Origin: a virus
Lineage: Duplodnaviria; Caudoviricetes
Virus record (IMG/VR): IMGVR_UViG_3300048848_000248
Location: 1-30,662 of that record
Direction: 5' to 3' (one strand)
Length of the DNA: 30,662 bases
Shown piece after piece: positions 1-8,638 of the stretch (the stretch's first letter is position 1; the number at the start of each line of letters is the position of its first letter). The notes beneath the pieces are model-generated. The model was not told where the DNA came from. It was given only the letters and a program-made list of their open reading frames with translations, and did not search any database. The position numbers and the translations under genes were made by a program.

Positions 1-2
1 GG

Positions 3-188
3 ATGATGGAAGGTCAGACCAGCAGTCAGACTGGCAACAACATCTACGTAACGCGAGGGCTTGGTCCCGCTGCCGGGAAGAGCGGTTCCACCTCCGGTAG
101 CACAACAACTTCTACTGGACGAGGCGGACAACCGTCTTCGTCCGCTCCTGCAAGCCAGAAAGCAGGGTTTACGATCCGGCTGAAATAG
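3..188 (+). CDS. Ser/Thr/Gly-rich hypothetical protein, probably the 3' end of a gene starting before the window
   Basis: ORF at the window edge, followed by a terminator-like hairpin. Confidence 0.35.
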   Translation: MMEGQTSSQTGNNIYVTRGLGPAAGKSGSTSGSTTTSTGRGGQPSSSAPASQKAGFTIRLK

Positions 189-206
189 CCCATCGCGCGA
201 CAACTG

Positions 207-253
207 AACGCCCCCGCATTCTTTCCGCACTGAAAGGACGCAGGGGCGTTTTT
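207..253 (+). terminator. Intrinsic terminator-like hairpin
   Basis: AACGCCCC (207-214) pairs with GGGGCGTT (243-250), followed by a T run. Confidence 0.6.
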
Positions 254-390
254 GAGCGAGGCGTCTCAAGCAGCGAAGTCCTGGGCGCGGTACCAGTAAA
301 CGACGGTCTCCAGCGAATCGTGTCGCTGTCCTATGACGCTGTCACCTTCGTGTGGTGCGCGGGCCGACGCGCTCCTGAGAGAGGAGCAGC

Positions 391-663
391 GTGGACCCGA
401 CCGCCGACCTGATCGTGCACGAGTGGATCTTCCCGGAACCGGGCACCGATGAGTCGTTCGCCGTCATCCGGCATCTGCGGGTGCAACGCAACGGCGTCGA
501 AGTGATGGTCTATCGGGCCGTGACATGGGCGGAGCCGAGGCGGCTCATCCAGGACGGCTACTTCCGCACTCTCGAGGATGCCGCTGCCGCGTGCCATCGG
601 TCGGCTCTACACCGGTTGGTGAAGCCGCAGCTGAACTCGACCGCCGTGCGAGCCTGGGGATGA
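391..663 (+). CDS. Hypothetical protein
   Basis: GAGGAG RBS before GTG; protein-like composition (YRAVTW...GYFRTLEDAAAACH). Confidence 0.65.
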   Translation: MDPTADLIVHEWIFPEPGTDESFAVIRHLRVQRNGVEVMVYRAVTWAEPRRLIQDGYFRTLEDAAAACHRSALHRLVKPQLNSTAVRAWG

Positions 664-946
664 TCCTGGCGCGGTAGACGTGGCGTGATCCGGCGCGTAC
701 CGTGGCGCCTATCAGCCCGGACCCCGCTGATGGACGGGTCTGGCTGAACCGGCTGGGCCCGTTCGGAGCCTCTCTCAGGCCGATCGCAAGCACGTCACGC
801 TAGATGGTCGCGGAGTCGCGTGGCTAAGTGGCTCGCCGAACGGAAGCCTCGCGATCGCTCCGTGGACAACCACCGCCGGTTCCGCGCTCTTGGTGAGTTA
901 GCCTGAGGCGCGCCTTCACGCGACGACATCGAGAGAAGAGAACCCT

Positions 947-1273
947 GTGGGCAGATTCACTTACGACTCGACGTTGGCCGTCGACTTCGATGACAGAACC
1001 CTCGCCCACCTCCATCTCGTCATAGGCGCGAAGCTGAGGCGGGGAGAGTCATTCTTCTTCTCGTGGAAAGACGACGCTGCCAACGGTGACGGTCGAACCA
1101 CCATCTGGGTCTACCCGAGTGCACCGATCGTCTTCAAGTTTCATGGGGGCCGACCGCCAGCGATCAACCGGCGCTGGATCGATGCCCTTGCTGTCGCGGC
1201 GAACTCGTCCCATGGGCTGCAACTGCTGCCCGAGCCCGCCGAGGACTCGCCACAGGCTCGCTGGCCCTCCTAA
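947..1273 (+). CDS. Conserved Microbacteriaceae small protein (DUF7882-like)
   Basis: MGRFTY..VDFDDRTLAHLHLVIGAKLRRGESFFFSW signature recalled from Microbacteriaceae; purine-rich RBS. Confidence 0.75.
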   Translation: MGRFTYDSTLAVDFDDRTLAHLHLVIGAKLRRGESFFFSWKDDAANGDGRTTIWVYPSAPIVFKFHGGRPPAINRRWIDALAVAANSSHGLQLLPEPAEDSPQARWPS

Positions 1274-1321
1274 GCACCTGACTACGCTGCCAGCCGAGGC
1301 GGACAGAGCGTGGCATAGGAG

Positions 1322-1546
1322 TCATCCGAGATAGTCGACGTCGGCAACCCGGTCCATGACCTCTTCTGGAATGCCACGGCCGCGCATGTACCTCTTCGCA
1401 CGGTCGGAGATCTCTTCCACGAACTCCCTCACATCGGGGTCGTTTTCGCCGCGGTCGAGCGGAACAGCAACGATCTGGCTAGCAGGACCGATCGTGGCGC
1501 GAACAACAGAGACGCTGCCGTCCTCTGCGACAGTTGGGATCACCAT
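1322..1546 (-). CDS. Hypothetical protein, possibly N-terminally truncated
   Basis: IPTVAEDG..VVRATIGPASQIVA resembles the C-terminal half of a common Microbacteriaceae small protein; in-frame stop shortly upstream. Confidence 0.5.
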   Translation of the reverse strand: MVIPTVAEDGSVSVVRATIGPASQIVAVPLDRGENDPDVREFVEEISDRAKRYMRGRGIPEEVMDRVADVDYLG

Positions 1547-1744
1547 AGGTTGGAGCCGGCCTTGTCTCCAAACGGAATCGAATCGGTTTTCAGATCAACC
1601 GACCGCGGCTGGGGCCCGCCCTGACACCGGACTCTCTAGCTTTGATAGAAGCAGCGCTCTCGAACGTATAGCCGATGAGCGAATGCCCTCGATCGGTACG
1701 CGCGAAAGGGACAGATGGAACCTAATTGTCCTTCCGGTGTCCGC

Positions 1745-1799
1745 AACGACGAAACGACCCCCCCCGAAGCCAGCCCGTGAGGGCCAGCCCCGAGGGGTC
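1745..1799 (-). terminator. Probable terminator of the late operon
   Basis: Long GC stem GACCCC...GGGGTC followed on the - strand by GTTTCGTCGTT. Confidence 0.65.
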
Positions 1800-2065
1800 T
1801 GAGGTGGTGCACTATTCCGGTCGATAGTTCACGTCGGGACCGCGAGGGAGGCGGACTTGTGGGTCCGCGCCGCGGCCCCGACTGCTCGACAGGATCGCAT
1901 CTCGCAGTGCGGATGTCTGCACCTCATCCGGGTGACGGCCCGGTCGCTGTATCTCACGCACTGGATGCTGGCCGACGGGGGCTCGTCATCCTGGCCGTCT
2001 GCCGCCCGCGGCTAGTCCGTCCGCGCTTCGAGGCACAGCTTTGCTCATCGCGAGGGTGTGACCGG

Positions 2066-2710
2066 TTAAGTGCCGACGCGGAGACGCGTCCAGCAGACGT
2101 CCACGTAACCGGTGCCCACCGCTCCGGATGCGGTTAGCTTTGGTGTAAGCGGTGCGTCGGTGAGCAGGTTCGGGAAGTAACCTGCGTTCACCACGTCACC
2201 GTAGTAGGTGGCAGCGATGATCTTCCGGGACGGGATGACGAGCAGCCCCGTCCGGCTCTTCCGAGGCTTTCCGCTCTTACCTCCCCACAGTTCAGCGAGC
2301 AACGCGGTGTCCGAGTTGCGCGAGTTGAACGTAGGTCCGAGGTTCATCCAGTTAGCGCCTCGAAGGGACCCCGACCCCTCTATCCCCAGGGTGAGCGGCG
2401 AGAGGTAGCCGCCGGACGGCGTCAGAACATCTACTTCGAACCACATCCATTGGAACAGGCTGGGATCGAGTGCGACGAGGCTCATCGCGACAGAGTCGGT
2501 GGACGCCGAGGCGGACAAGCGGAGCTTCGCGGTCGGAGCGGTTCCGTTGATCGCGCCCGCTCCGGTCCCGCCGGACCCCGATCCGGCGACGGTAACGCCA
2601 GAGGGGATGGCGGTGAGCATGGAGAAGTCCTGCTCGACCAGCGTCACGGACTGTCCGGGAAGGAGCAGTGAGCCGTCACGCTTTCGCGGAAGGGGCGTAA
2701 TAGTCGTCAT
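2066..2710 (-). CDS. Putative tail-associated beta-rich protein
   Basis: ATGA overlap with the upstream gene at 2707-2710; last gene of the late operon. Confidence 0.7.
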   Translation of the reverse strand: MTTITPLPRKRDGSLLLPGQSVTLVEQDFSMLTAIPSGVTVAGSGSGGTGAGAINGTAPTAKLRLSASASTDSVAMSLVALDPSLFQWMWFEVDVLTPSGGYLSPLTLGIEGSGSLRGANWMNLGPTFNSRNSDTALLAELWGGKSGKPRKSRTGLLVIPSRKIIAATYYGDVVNAGYFPNLLTDAPLTPKLTASGAVGTGYVDVCWTRLRVGT

Positions 2711-3738
2711 GCGAGGCCTCCCGCGATTGCGACGTAGAAGGACCCGCCGCACTGGTAATAGAGGTACAGTCGCCCGTCGCGACCGATGAATGCGTAAATG
2801 GCGCGGTAGTTCGTCGACTCGCCACTCTGCGTCGGGTAGAGAACAATCTGCGTCGGCGCTGTGAGGTTGTGCAAATCGTCAGAGATGGGAGCCACGACGA
2901 TCCGCGCATCCTTCGGCGTCGCTCCGGACGTGAAGTTGCTCGCGAGCCCGATCCACCAGAGCTGACCGTTCCAGCGAATGACGTAACCCGAGTTCCACTC
3001 AACGCGACGACCGTCTCCGACTAGGTCCATCTGCCACGTGAGGTGGCGACGGTCGATCGTCCACGTTCGCCCGTCCGTGGAGGTGGACATGGCGAACATG
3101 GGGTAGTTTCCTCCGCCGGCCAGGTGATGCGCAGTCAGGTTCCCGCCGATTGTCTGCGGGATCGCGTAGCCGGTGTGGCCGTCCGAGTTCGGCCAGTTGA
3201 GGGGCACGTCAATTGCGAGGCCGCCACGGACCCAGGCGACGCCGTCCGTGCTTGTCGCGTAGTTGCTGGACTGTATGCCATTGGCGCCCGTCACGTCCTG
3301 CTGCTGGTAAAGCATGATGAGGCCGCCCGAGACAACAGGGTCTGCGAAGACAGAAGGCGTCTCCGTCTGCGCGCCGACACTGTTGTCAATGTACACGCGT
3401 CCACGGCCAGTCCATGGGCCAAGCTCGGTGGGCGCGGTGGCAAGCCACACCCCGGAATTTTCGTGCGTCGCTTCGTGGTCGGTCGAGTAGTACATGTAGA
3501 ACTCGTCGAGCGCCGAGACGCCAAGAAGCTTCCGCGCGTCGATGATCCAGGGCCAGTAGATCGAGCCCGATGCAGTGGGGGCCAGCGCTCCTGAAGCCGG
3601 ATTCTGGGCTGCTTGCGTGAAGATGGGCACACCGTTGTTGGCGCGAGCGAAAACCGGGGGCGTGACGCCCGATCCGCCAGCGTTCACGAGAGATCGGGCC
3701 TGTGCCTTGGTCACACCCGGGGCGTCAAGAATTCCCAT
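2707..3738 (-). CDS. Tail-associated beta-propeller glycoside-hydrolase-like protein (GH32/43-like fold)
   Basis: FYMYYSTDH, VWLATAP..LGPW, QTETPSV and two STDGxxW Asp-box-like motifs; position after the tail fibre gene. Confidence 0.65.
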   Translation of the reverse strand: MGILDAPGVTKAQARSLVNAGGSGVTPPVFARANNGVPIFTQAAQNPASGALAPTASGSIYWPWIIDARKLLGVSALDEFYMYYSTDHEATHENSGVWLATAPTELGPWTGRGRVYIDNSVGAQTETPSVFADPVVSGGLIMLYQQQDVTGANGIQSSNYATSTDGVAWVRGGLAIDVPLNWPNSDGHTGYAIPQTIGGNLTAHHLAGGGNYPMFAMSTSTDGRTWTIDRRHLTWQMDLVGDGRRVEWNSGYVIRWNGQLWWIGLASNFTSGATPKDARIVVAPISDDLHNLTAPTQIVLYPTQSGESTNYRAIYAFIGRDGRLYLYYQCGGSFYVAIAGGLA

Positions 3739-3739
3739 G

Positions 3740-4681
3740 TCAGTTCACCACGATCTGCGGAACGTTGGTTGCTGCGCCGTTCGAGTCCCGCGTGATCGTC
3801 GGCTGCGTGTAGGTCAGGGTGGTCCCACCGTTGACGTGGGTGATGTGGTAGCTGTCGATCGCGCCGGGGAACGCCGTGGAGAAAACGTCGGTGGTGAATA
3901 CTCCTGGCTTCCCGTCGGGCCAGAGGACCGCCGCGCTCGTGACTGCACCGAAGCTGTTCCTGTTGATAGCTCCAACGATGAGCAGGTCCGGGTTCTTTGC
4001 TGCCTGCTTGTACTGCACGTTCGTGGCAGATAGCGCCGTCGCAGTCTTCGTCCCGGGGGTCTTGATCAGCGCTTCGTTGGCGTCGTCGTTCGCGACCGCG
4101 CCCGGTCCGGGGAGGCCCTGCGCGCCCTGGGGTCCGCGCACGTTGCCGGCGTTGTTCGTGGTGCCGTCGGTGCGGGTCAGGATCAGGTTGTCGCCGACCA
4201 CCGTGCCGGTGCTGACCGTGTTCGCCTCGACGTCCGCGACCTCTTCGGCGACGGCCTCGACGATGGCAACGGCCGCGCGCGCTTCGGCGAGAGCGTCGGC
4301 GACGCCATCGGCCTTCTCCACGAACGAGCGGAGCGCACCGGGGATGATGAACGTGGACGAGCCGATCGGCGCTGAGACCTCCTGCAGGGTCGCGTACTGC
4401 ACGGGCCCGTTCTCGGGGATGATCACGTTGCGGACGACCTGCCGGGTGAAGGGCCGGAAGTCCTCGATCATGCGGGTGCCGCCACCGAGCGGCGACGCGG
4501 GAATCTCCAGGGGCGTCACCCCGTCGTCAAGAAACAGCTCTCCGTTCTCCACAATGCCCTTGGCTGGGTTGTCGGTGACCAGGGTTCCGTTGAGCTCGGA
4601 GCGATACCACTGCTCCACGTACAGGAATCCCTTGGCGGGCTGGCCTGCAGAGTCGAGGATCGGGCCGGTGATGACCGTCAT
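3740..4681 (-). CDS. Minor tail / tail fibre protein
   Basis: Coiled-coil segment, short collagen-like GPQGAQGLPGPG, AGGAG RBS, position in the tail module. Confidence 0.75.
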   Translation of the reverse strand: MTVITGPILDSAGQPAKGFLYVEQWYRSELNGTLVTDNPAKGIVENGELFLDDGVTPLEIPASPLGGGTRMIEDFRPFTRQVVRNVIIPENGPVQYATLQEVSAPIGSSTFIIPGALRSFVEKADGVADALAEARAAVAIVEAVAEEVADVEANTVSTGTVVGDNLILTRTDGTTNNAGNVRGPQGAQGLPGPGAVANDDANEALIKTPGTKTATALSATNVQYKQAAKNPDLLIVGAINRNSFGAVTSAAVLWPDGKPGVFTTDVFSTAFPGAIDSYHITHVNGGTTLTYTQPTITRDSNGAATNVPQIVVN

Positions 4682-4698
4682 GAGGTCTCCTGTCGGGG

Positions 4699-5361
4699 TT
4701 AGTCGGCGCGGCCGAGGATCTGGATGACCAGGGAACGGTCGGAGATGGAGCAGTTCACGGACGCCCCGCCGGGGACGTTGATGAGGTATTCACAGTCGAT
4801 GACGTGGTCGCCGGCGTCGAGGATCATCGTCTGTTCGGCGATCGGGTTGCCGCCCATGTTGAAGCCGTGGTTCCCGCCCGACCCGTCGACGGTCTGCGAC
4901 TGCGACATCCGCCCGATTGACGAGGCGAGGTTCCCCTCGACCCGCATCCTGGCGGTTGCCGTGGCGGTGAGGGTCGACGTCGTCGGGCCCGACACCGACA
5001 GGAACGCCGTCGTGCGGAGCGTGGCGAGCACGATCATCTTCTCGGGCAGAGTGAACGCCACCGACGGGGCTCGGTCGGTGAACGTGGTGGTGCCGGTCAC
5101 CAGCTGCGTCAGCGACCCCGAGTTGTAGCCGGTGTAGGTGCGCAGGGAAGCCTGATAGTCGGACACCAGCTGCAGATCGTCGACGACGCCCTCGATGGTG
5201 TCGACCTGCTCGGCGAGCTTGTCGAGCGCCTCCTGGACCTTGTCCTTATTCCGGTTGTTCTGCGACCCGGTCGGGCGGCGGAGCTCGGCGATCTGTGCCT
5301 CGATCGCCTGGAAGCGCCGGGCGAGCGCCTGCTCCGGTGGGATGACTGTCGGTTCGGCCAT
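4699..5361 (-). CDS. Minor tail protein
   Basis: N-terminal coiled coil (LARRFQAIEAQIAELRR) plus beta-rich C-terminus; directly follows the Tal-like gene. Confidence 0.75.
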   Translation of the reverse strand: MAEPTVIPPEQALARRFQAIEAQIAELRRPTGSQNNRNKDKVQEALDKLAEQVDTIEGVVDDLQLVSDYQASLRTYTGYNSGSLTQLVTGTTTFTDRAPSVAFTLPEKMIVLATLRTTAFLSVSGPTTSTLTATATARMRVEGNLASSIGRMSQSQTVDGSGGNHGFNMGGNPIAEQTMILDAGDHVIDCEYLINVPGGASVNCSISDRSLVIQILGRAD

Positions 5362-6518
5362 CAGCCCTCCTGGTAGGTCTCGAGGACGGTGATCTTCACC
5401 CAGTCGCCGTCGATGTCACCGGACATGCCGGCGATGCGGCGCCGGTACCCTTCAGGGCCGGAGTCGGGGATGACGTCGTCGTTCGCGATGATCACCCGGC
5501 AGTAGTCGCCCACGCCCACATCAGTGACCTTGGGGTCGCCGTCGGCGCGGACACGGAACGACCACTGCGACCGCGGCGTCCGCCCGATGCGTACCTGCTC
5601 GCGGGCCTTCGACTGCAGCAGTGCCGGCGTCTCCGCATCGGATGAGCCGGATGCTTCGAGCAGCGGGAACCCCGCGTTCAACAGCGACAGGTCGTCGGCG
5701 CGCTCGATGTAGGTGCGGTCGTCGGAGCGGCCGCCCGAGAGCCAGTACCGGGACACCAGGTTCGTGGCGTCCAACGTGACCTCGAGGTCGGCGATCGAAG
5801 GCTCCGGGACGGAGTAGTCCCAGACGTGCTCGGTGGTGCCGGCGAGGTTCGGCTGGTCGAGGGTGCCGGTGCGCATCACCCACTCCATGCCCTGCCCGTC
5901 GGTCGTGAACCTCGGGGTGAATGCGATGTCGGGGCCGTTGATGACCTCCGTGAGCTGCTGCAGGCGTTCCCCGACCATGGCCAGGTCCGTGCCGAGGTAA
6001 GACCGCTGATACGGGCCCACCTCGTCGGCCGGCAGCACCACAGGCACATGCCCCCCGGTGAACGCCAGCGCGGTGGCGACGAGCCGCTTCGCGATCGTCC
6101 CGTACGACAGCCCCACCAGGTTCGTGTTCATCACCCCATACGGTTCCCCCGACACCGGGTCGACGACCGGGGTCGACTGGGCGACGAGCGGGATCAGCAC
6201 ACGGTGGTCGAAGTACGACCACATGCCCTTCCCCGTGACCTTCAGGGTGCGGTTCGCCTTCGAGTAGTTCCAGATCCACACCGGGCCGCCCGCCACTGGG
6301 ACGCCGTCGATGACGACCACCAGGAACGCGGCGCCGGGGGTGGCCGCGGCGGGGATGCCGAGCTTCCTCGTGTCGTCGTCGGCGAGGTTGAACGTCGCCG
6401 AGACGCTGTCGGCCTGGTTCCGCGAGACATCCCATGTGAGGGCGGTTACGCCGGATGCGGGGAGGTAGACGAGGTTCCGGCCGGTGCGCAGATCCCCGAT
6501 GATGACCTGCGTCGACAC
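5361..6518 (-). CDS. Baseplate hub / Tal-like minor tail protein (siphovirus Gp37-like)
   Basis: IIGDLRTG N-terminus, GGPVW, SYFDHRV, NGPDIAFTPRF and GDYCRV motifs typical of actinophage hub proteins. Confidence 0.75.
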   Translation of the reverse strand: MSTQVIIGDLRTGRNLVYLPASGVTALTWDVSRNQADSVSATFNLADDDTRKLGIPAAATPGAAFLVVVIDGVPVAGGPVWIWNYSKANRTLKVTGKGMWSYFDHRVLIPLVAQSTPVVDPVSGEPYGVMNTNLVGLSYGTIAKRLVATALAFTGGHVPVVLPADEVGPYQRSYLGTDLAMVGERLQQLTEVINGPDIAFTPRFTTDGQGMEWVMRTGTLDQPNLAGTTEHVWDYSVPEPSIADLEVTLDATNLVSRYWLSGGRSDDRTYIERADDLSLLNAGFPLLEASGSSDAETPALLQSKAREQVRIGRTPRSQWSFRVRADGDPKVTDVGVGDYCRVIIANDDVIPDSGPEGYRRRIAGMSGDIDGDWVKITVLETYQEG

Positions 6519-6521
6519 CGG

Positions 6522-6809
6522 CTACTCCGCTGCGTGCTTCGGCTCGAGCTTCTCAACCGAGGTCAGAGACGGGCCCGTGCCGCCTGTGACGGCATCCGAC
6601 ACGAGCGAGGTCAGGTAGGAGACCAGCGCGCCGCCCAGGAACACCCCGCCGATGGTGACGTAGTTCAGGGTGAACGCGTTGAGGGTCTGCGAGGTCTCGC
6701 TGTCGCCAGTGCCGACGACCAGGCCGAAGCCGATGGTGACCAAGACGAACTGGGCGCCGGTCTTGATGGCGCGCTCGGTGGCGGCCTTCCAGAAGATGAG
6801 GGTGAACAT
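6522..6809 (-). CDS. Holin (r1t-like family)
   Basis: MFTLIFWKAATERAIKTGAQ...LVSYLTSL...GPSL signature; two TM segments. Confidence 0.88.
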   Translation of the reverse strand: MFTLIFWKAATERAIKTGAQFVLVTIGFGLVVGTGDSETSQTLNAFTLNYVTIGGVFLGGALVSYLTSLVSDAVTGGTGPSLTSVEKLEPKHAAE

Positions 6810-6812
6810 GAG

Positions 6813-7259
6813 CTACTCCTTCGGGGGCGTGGGCTTGGGGACTGCGGGGAGGGTGTTCCAGAGGTCGTCGTCATCGACCACGGCGCGGGCGCGCTCGATG
6901 GCCTTCTCCTCGTCGGGGAAGATCTTCGGCTGCACGCCGTTGTGGACCTGCCGGTCGACGACGTCGGAGAGAGCTCGGAAGCCCTCGCTGATGATGCGGA
7001 TGATGTTGCGGTCCGACTCCCGGCCTGAGACCAGGGCGTCGACGCGGAGATTCATGGCGGTCATCTCGGTGCGCTGGAGGCGGTTCTCGGCCCAGAGATC
7101 CTGGATGGCGACTGGGCCGCGCACCTTCCGGACGATGACCAGCGCGGTGGCCCCGAGCAGGGCGGCGATGACGGTCGCGCCGGGGATGACCCAGCCTGGG
7201 AGGTCTCCGTCGGATGTCGCTCCCACAGCCACGGCGACCACGAATGCGAGGGCCGTCAT
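6813..7259 (-). CDS. Membrane protein with coiled-coil tail (lysis-associated)
   Basis: ATGA overlap at 7256-7259; hydrophobic N-terminal segment; lies between lysin and holin. Confidence 0.75.
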   Translation of the reverse strand: MTALAFVVAVAVGATSDGDLPGWVIPGATVIAALLGATALVIVRKVRGPVAIQDLWAENRLQRTEMTAMNLRVDALVSGRESDRNIIRIISEGFRALSDVVDRQVHNGVQPKIFPDEEKAIERARAVVDDDDLWNTLPAVPKPTPPKE

Positions 7260-7699
7260 CGGCGCCCCCTTCCGGCGGTGACGATGGACTGCAGCCGGGA
7301 CCACGGGAACACGGACAGGATGAGCGGAAGCAGTGCGGTGGGGAGTCGGTAGAACTCTCCGTACAGGGTGGCCCGCAGGGCGATCGCCACGATGTAGCCG
7401 GCGAAGAGCGCGAGCAGACAGATCGTCGCCACCACTTCGAGGCCGAACCTCTGGCGGCGGCGCGAGCGTTGCGCCCCGACGAACGCCGTCACCGCGAACG
7501 CTGTGATCAGCGCCGGCCACGCTAGAGCCCACGTCTCGCCAGCGATCAGGTCGAGGGTGGTGACGCCGACGACACCGGAGGCGATGCCGTAAACGGCAAT
7601 CAGCGTGTACTTCACGAACAGCGTCGGATACGGGGACGGCGCGGACGGCTCCTGATTGGGTAGCTGCAGCAGCTGACGCAGGTATCGAAACACTCGCAT
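7256..7699 (-). CDS. Four-TM membrane protein (lysis-associated)
   Basis: Four hydrophobic stretches; GAGGGG RBS; follows the endolysin. Confidence 0.75.
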   Translation of the reverse strand: MRVFRYLRQLLQLPNQEPSAPSPYPTLFVKYTLIAVYGIASGVVGVTTLDLIAGETWALAWPALITAFAVTAFVGAQRSRRRQRFGLEVVATICLLALFAGYIVAIALRATLYGEFYRLPTALLPLILSVFPWSRLQSIVTAGRGRR

Positions 7700-7728
7700 G
7701 GGTGCCCCCTCTCAGGGTCGAGAGAGGG

Positions 7729-8625
7729 TCAGGCGTGCTGCTTGACGCTGTCAGAGATCGCGGCGACGATGCCGTCCCAGTTCGGGGACGGGAGCATCTT
7801 GCGGGCGCCGTCGCGGAGCACCTCGAGCGAGCCGTGGTCCATCTTCCGGACGGGGCCGTAGAGGGCCTGCCACAGGTCGCCCTGCCCGCCGGGGATGGCG
7901 TAGTCGACGCCGGGGCCGACGACGAACCATGTGTTGGTCTCGGTGTCGGCGTAGACGCCGTAGTCGCCCTGGCGGCTGCCGAGGTACTGCTGGCGGGCGA
8001 GTTCGAACGCCTCGTGCGGGAGGCGAATGAGGTCGTGCCCGGAGATGGCAACGTAGAAGTCACCCTGCCCGGCGGGAATACCTTCCCACTTGGAGCCGTA
8101 GCCGCGGGCCCAGACGTTGGTGTCCTGATCTGCGTAGACGAGCATGTCGAGTTCCTCCTGGATGACCTTCTGGATGGGGGCAGCGGGCTCGTCGGCGGCC
8201 CACTTCTGGATGGTGTTCTCGCGGAAGGACACGTGCCAGTCCTCGCCGTCGACGTCGCGGATGAACCCGTAGAGCTCGAGGGTGGCCATGACGATGTCGT
8301 AGATGCCGTCGGCGTAGAGCGCGGTGGCGTTGAAGTCGATCGCCTTGCCCCAGCCGTGAACCGACCCGCCAGGGGTGGCGGCGTTCCATGGCTTCCCGAG
8401 GTCCGTCCAGCGCTGCTTCTGGTAGACCTGGCCGGCCCAGTCCCGGTACGTCTCGGAGATGTAGTCGAGGATGTCGATGCGGTAGGCGATGAGCAGGAAC
8501 GCGCGGGCGGCGAGGAACTGCAGCGCGGCGCCCCGCTCGAGCACGAAGCCTCGCCCGATGGGGAGCATGGCGAAGTCGGGGATGAACCCGTTGCGGAATC
8601 CGCCCCATGCGAGTGATGCGACCAT
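7729..8625 (-). CDS. Endolysin: M15 (VanY-like) Zn peptidase plus repeated C-terminal domain
   Basis: YR....Q, SVHGWGKAID (SxHxxGxAxD) and EDWH motifs; GGAGG RBS before ATG 8625. Confidence 0.88.
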   Translation of the reverse strand: MVASLAWGGFRNGFIPDFAMLPIGRGFVLERGAALQFLAARAFLLIAYRIDILDYISETYRDWAGQVYQKQRWTDLGKPWNAATPGGSVHGWGKAIDFNATALYADGIYDIVMATLELYGFIRDVDGEDWHVSFRENTIQKWAADEPAAPIQKVIQEELDMLVYADQDTNVWARGYGSKWEGIPAGQGDFYVAISGHDLIRLPHEAFELARQQYLGSRQGDYGVYADTETNTWFVVGPGVDYAIPGGQGDLWQALYGPVRKMDHGSLEVLRDGARKMLPSPNWDGIVAAISDSVKQHA

Positions 8626-8638
8626 GACGGTCCTCCGA

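Noticed and set aside
947-1273. Possible ATP-dependent DNA ligase (a label I recall for this family)
   Set aside because: Only 108 aa and no KxDG ligase motif
1745-1805. Hammerhead-like GAAAC followed by a stem
   Set aside because: No upstream CUGANGA core or correctly placed cleavage triplet; better explained as a terminator
1800-2065. ORF 1859-2137 or an ncRNA between the last tail gene and the terminator
   Set aside because: No convincing protein features or clear structure seen
2066-5361. Diversity-generating retroelement or invertible tail-fibre cassette
   Set aside because: No reverse transcriptase, invertase, TR/VR pair or flanking inverted repeats seen
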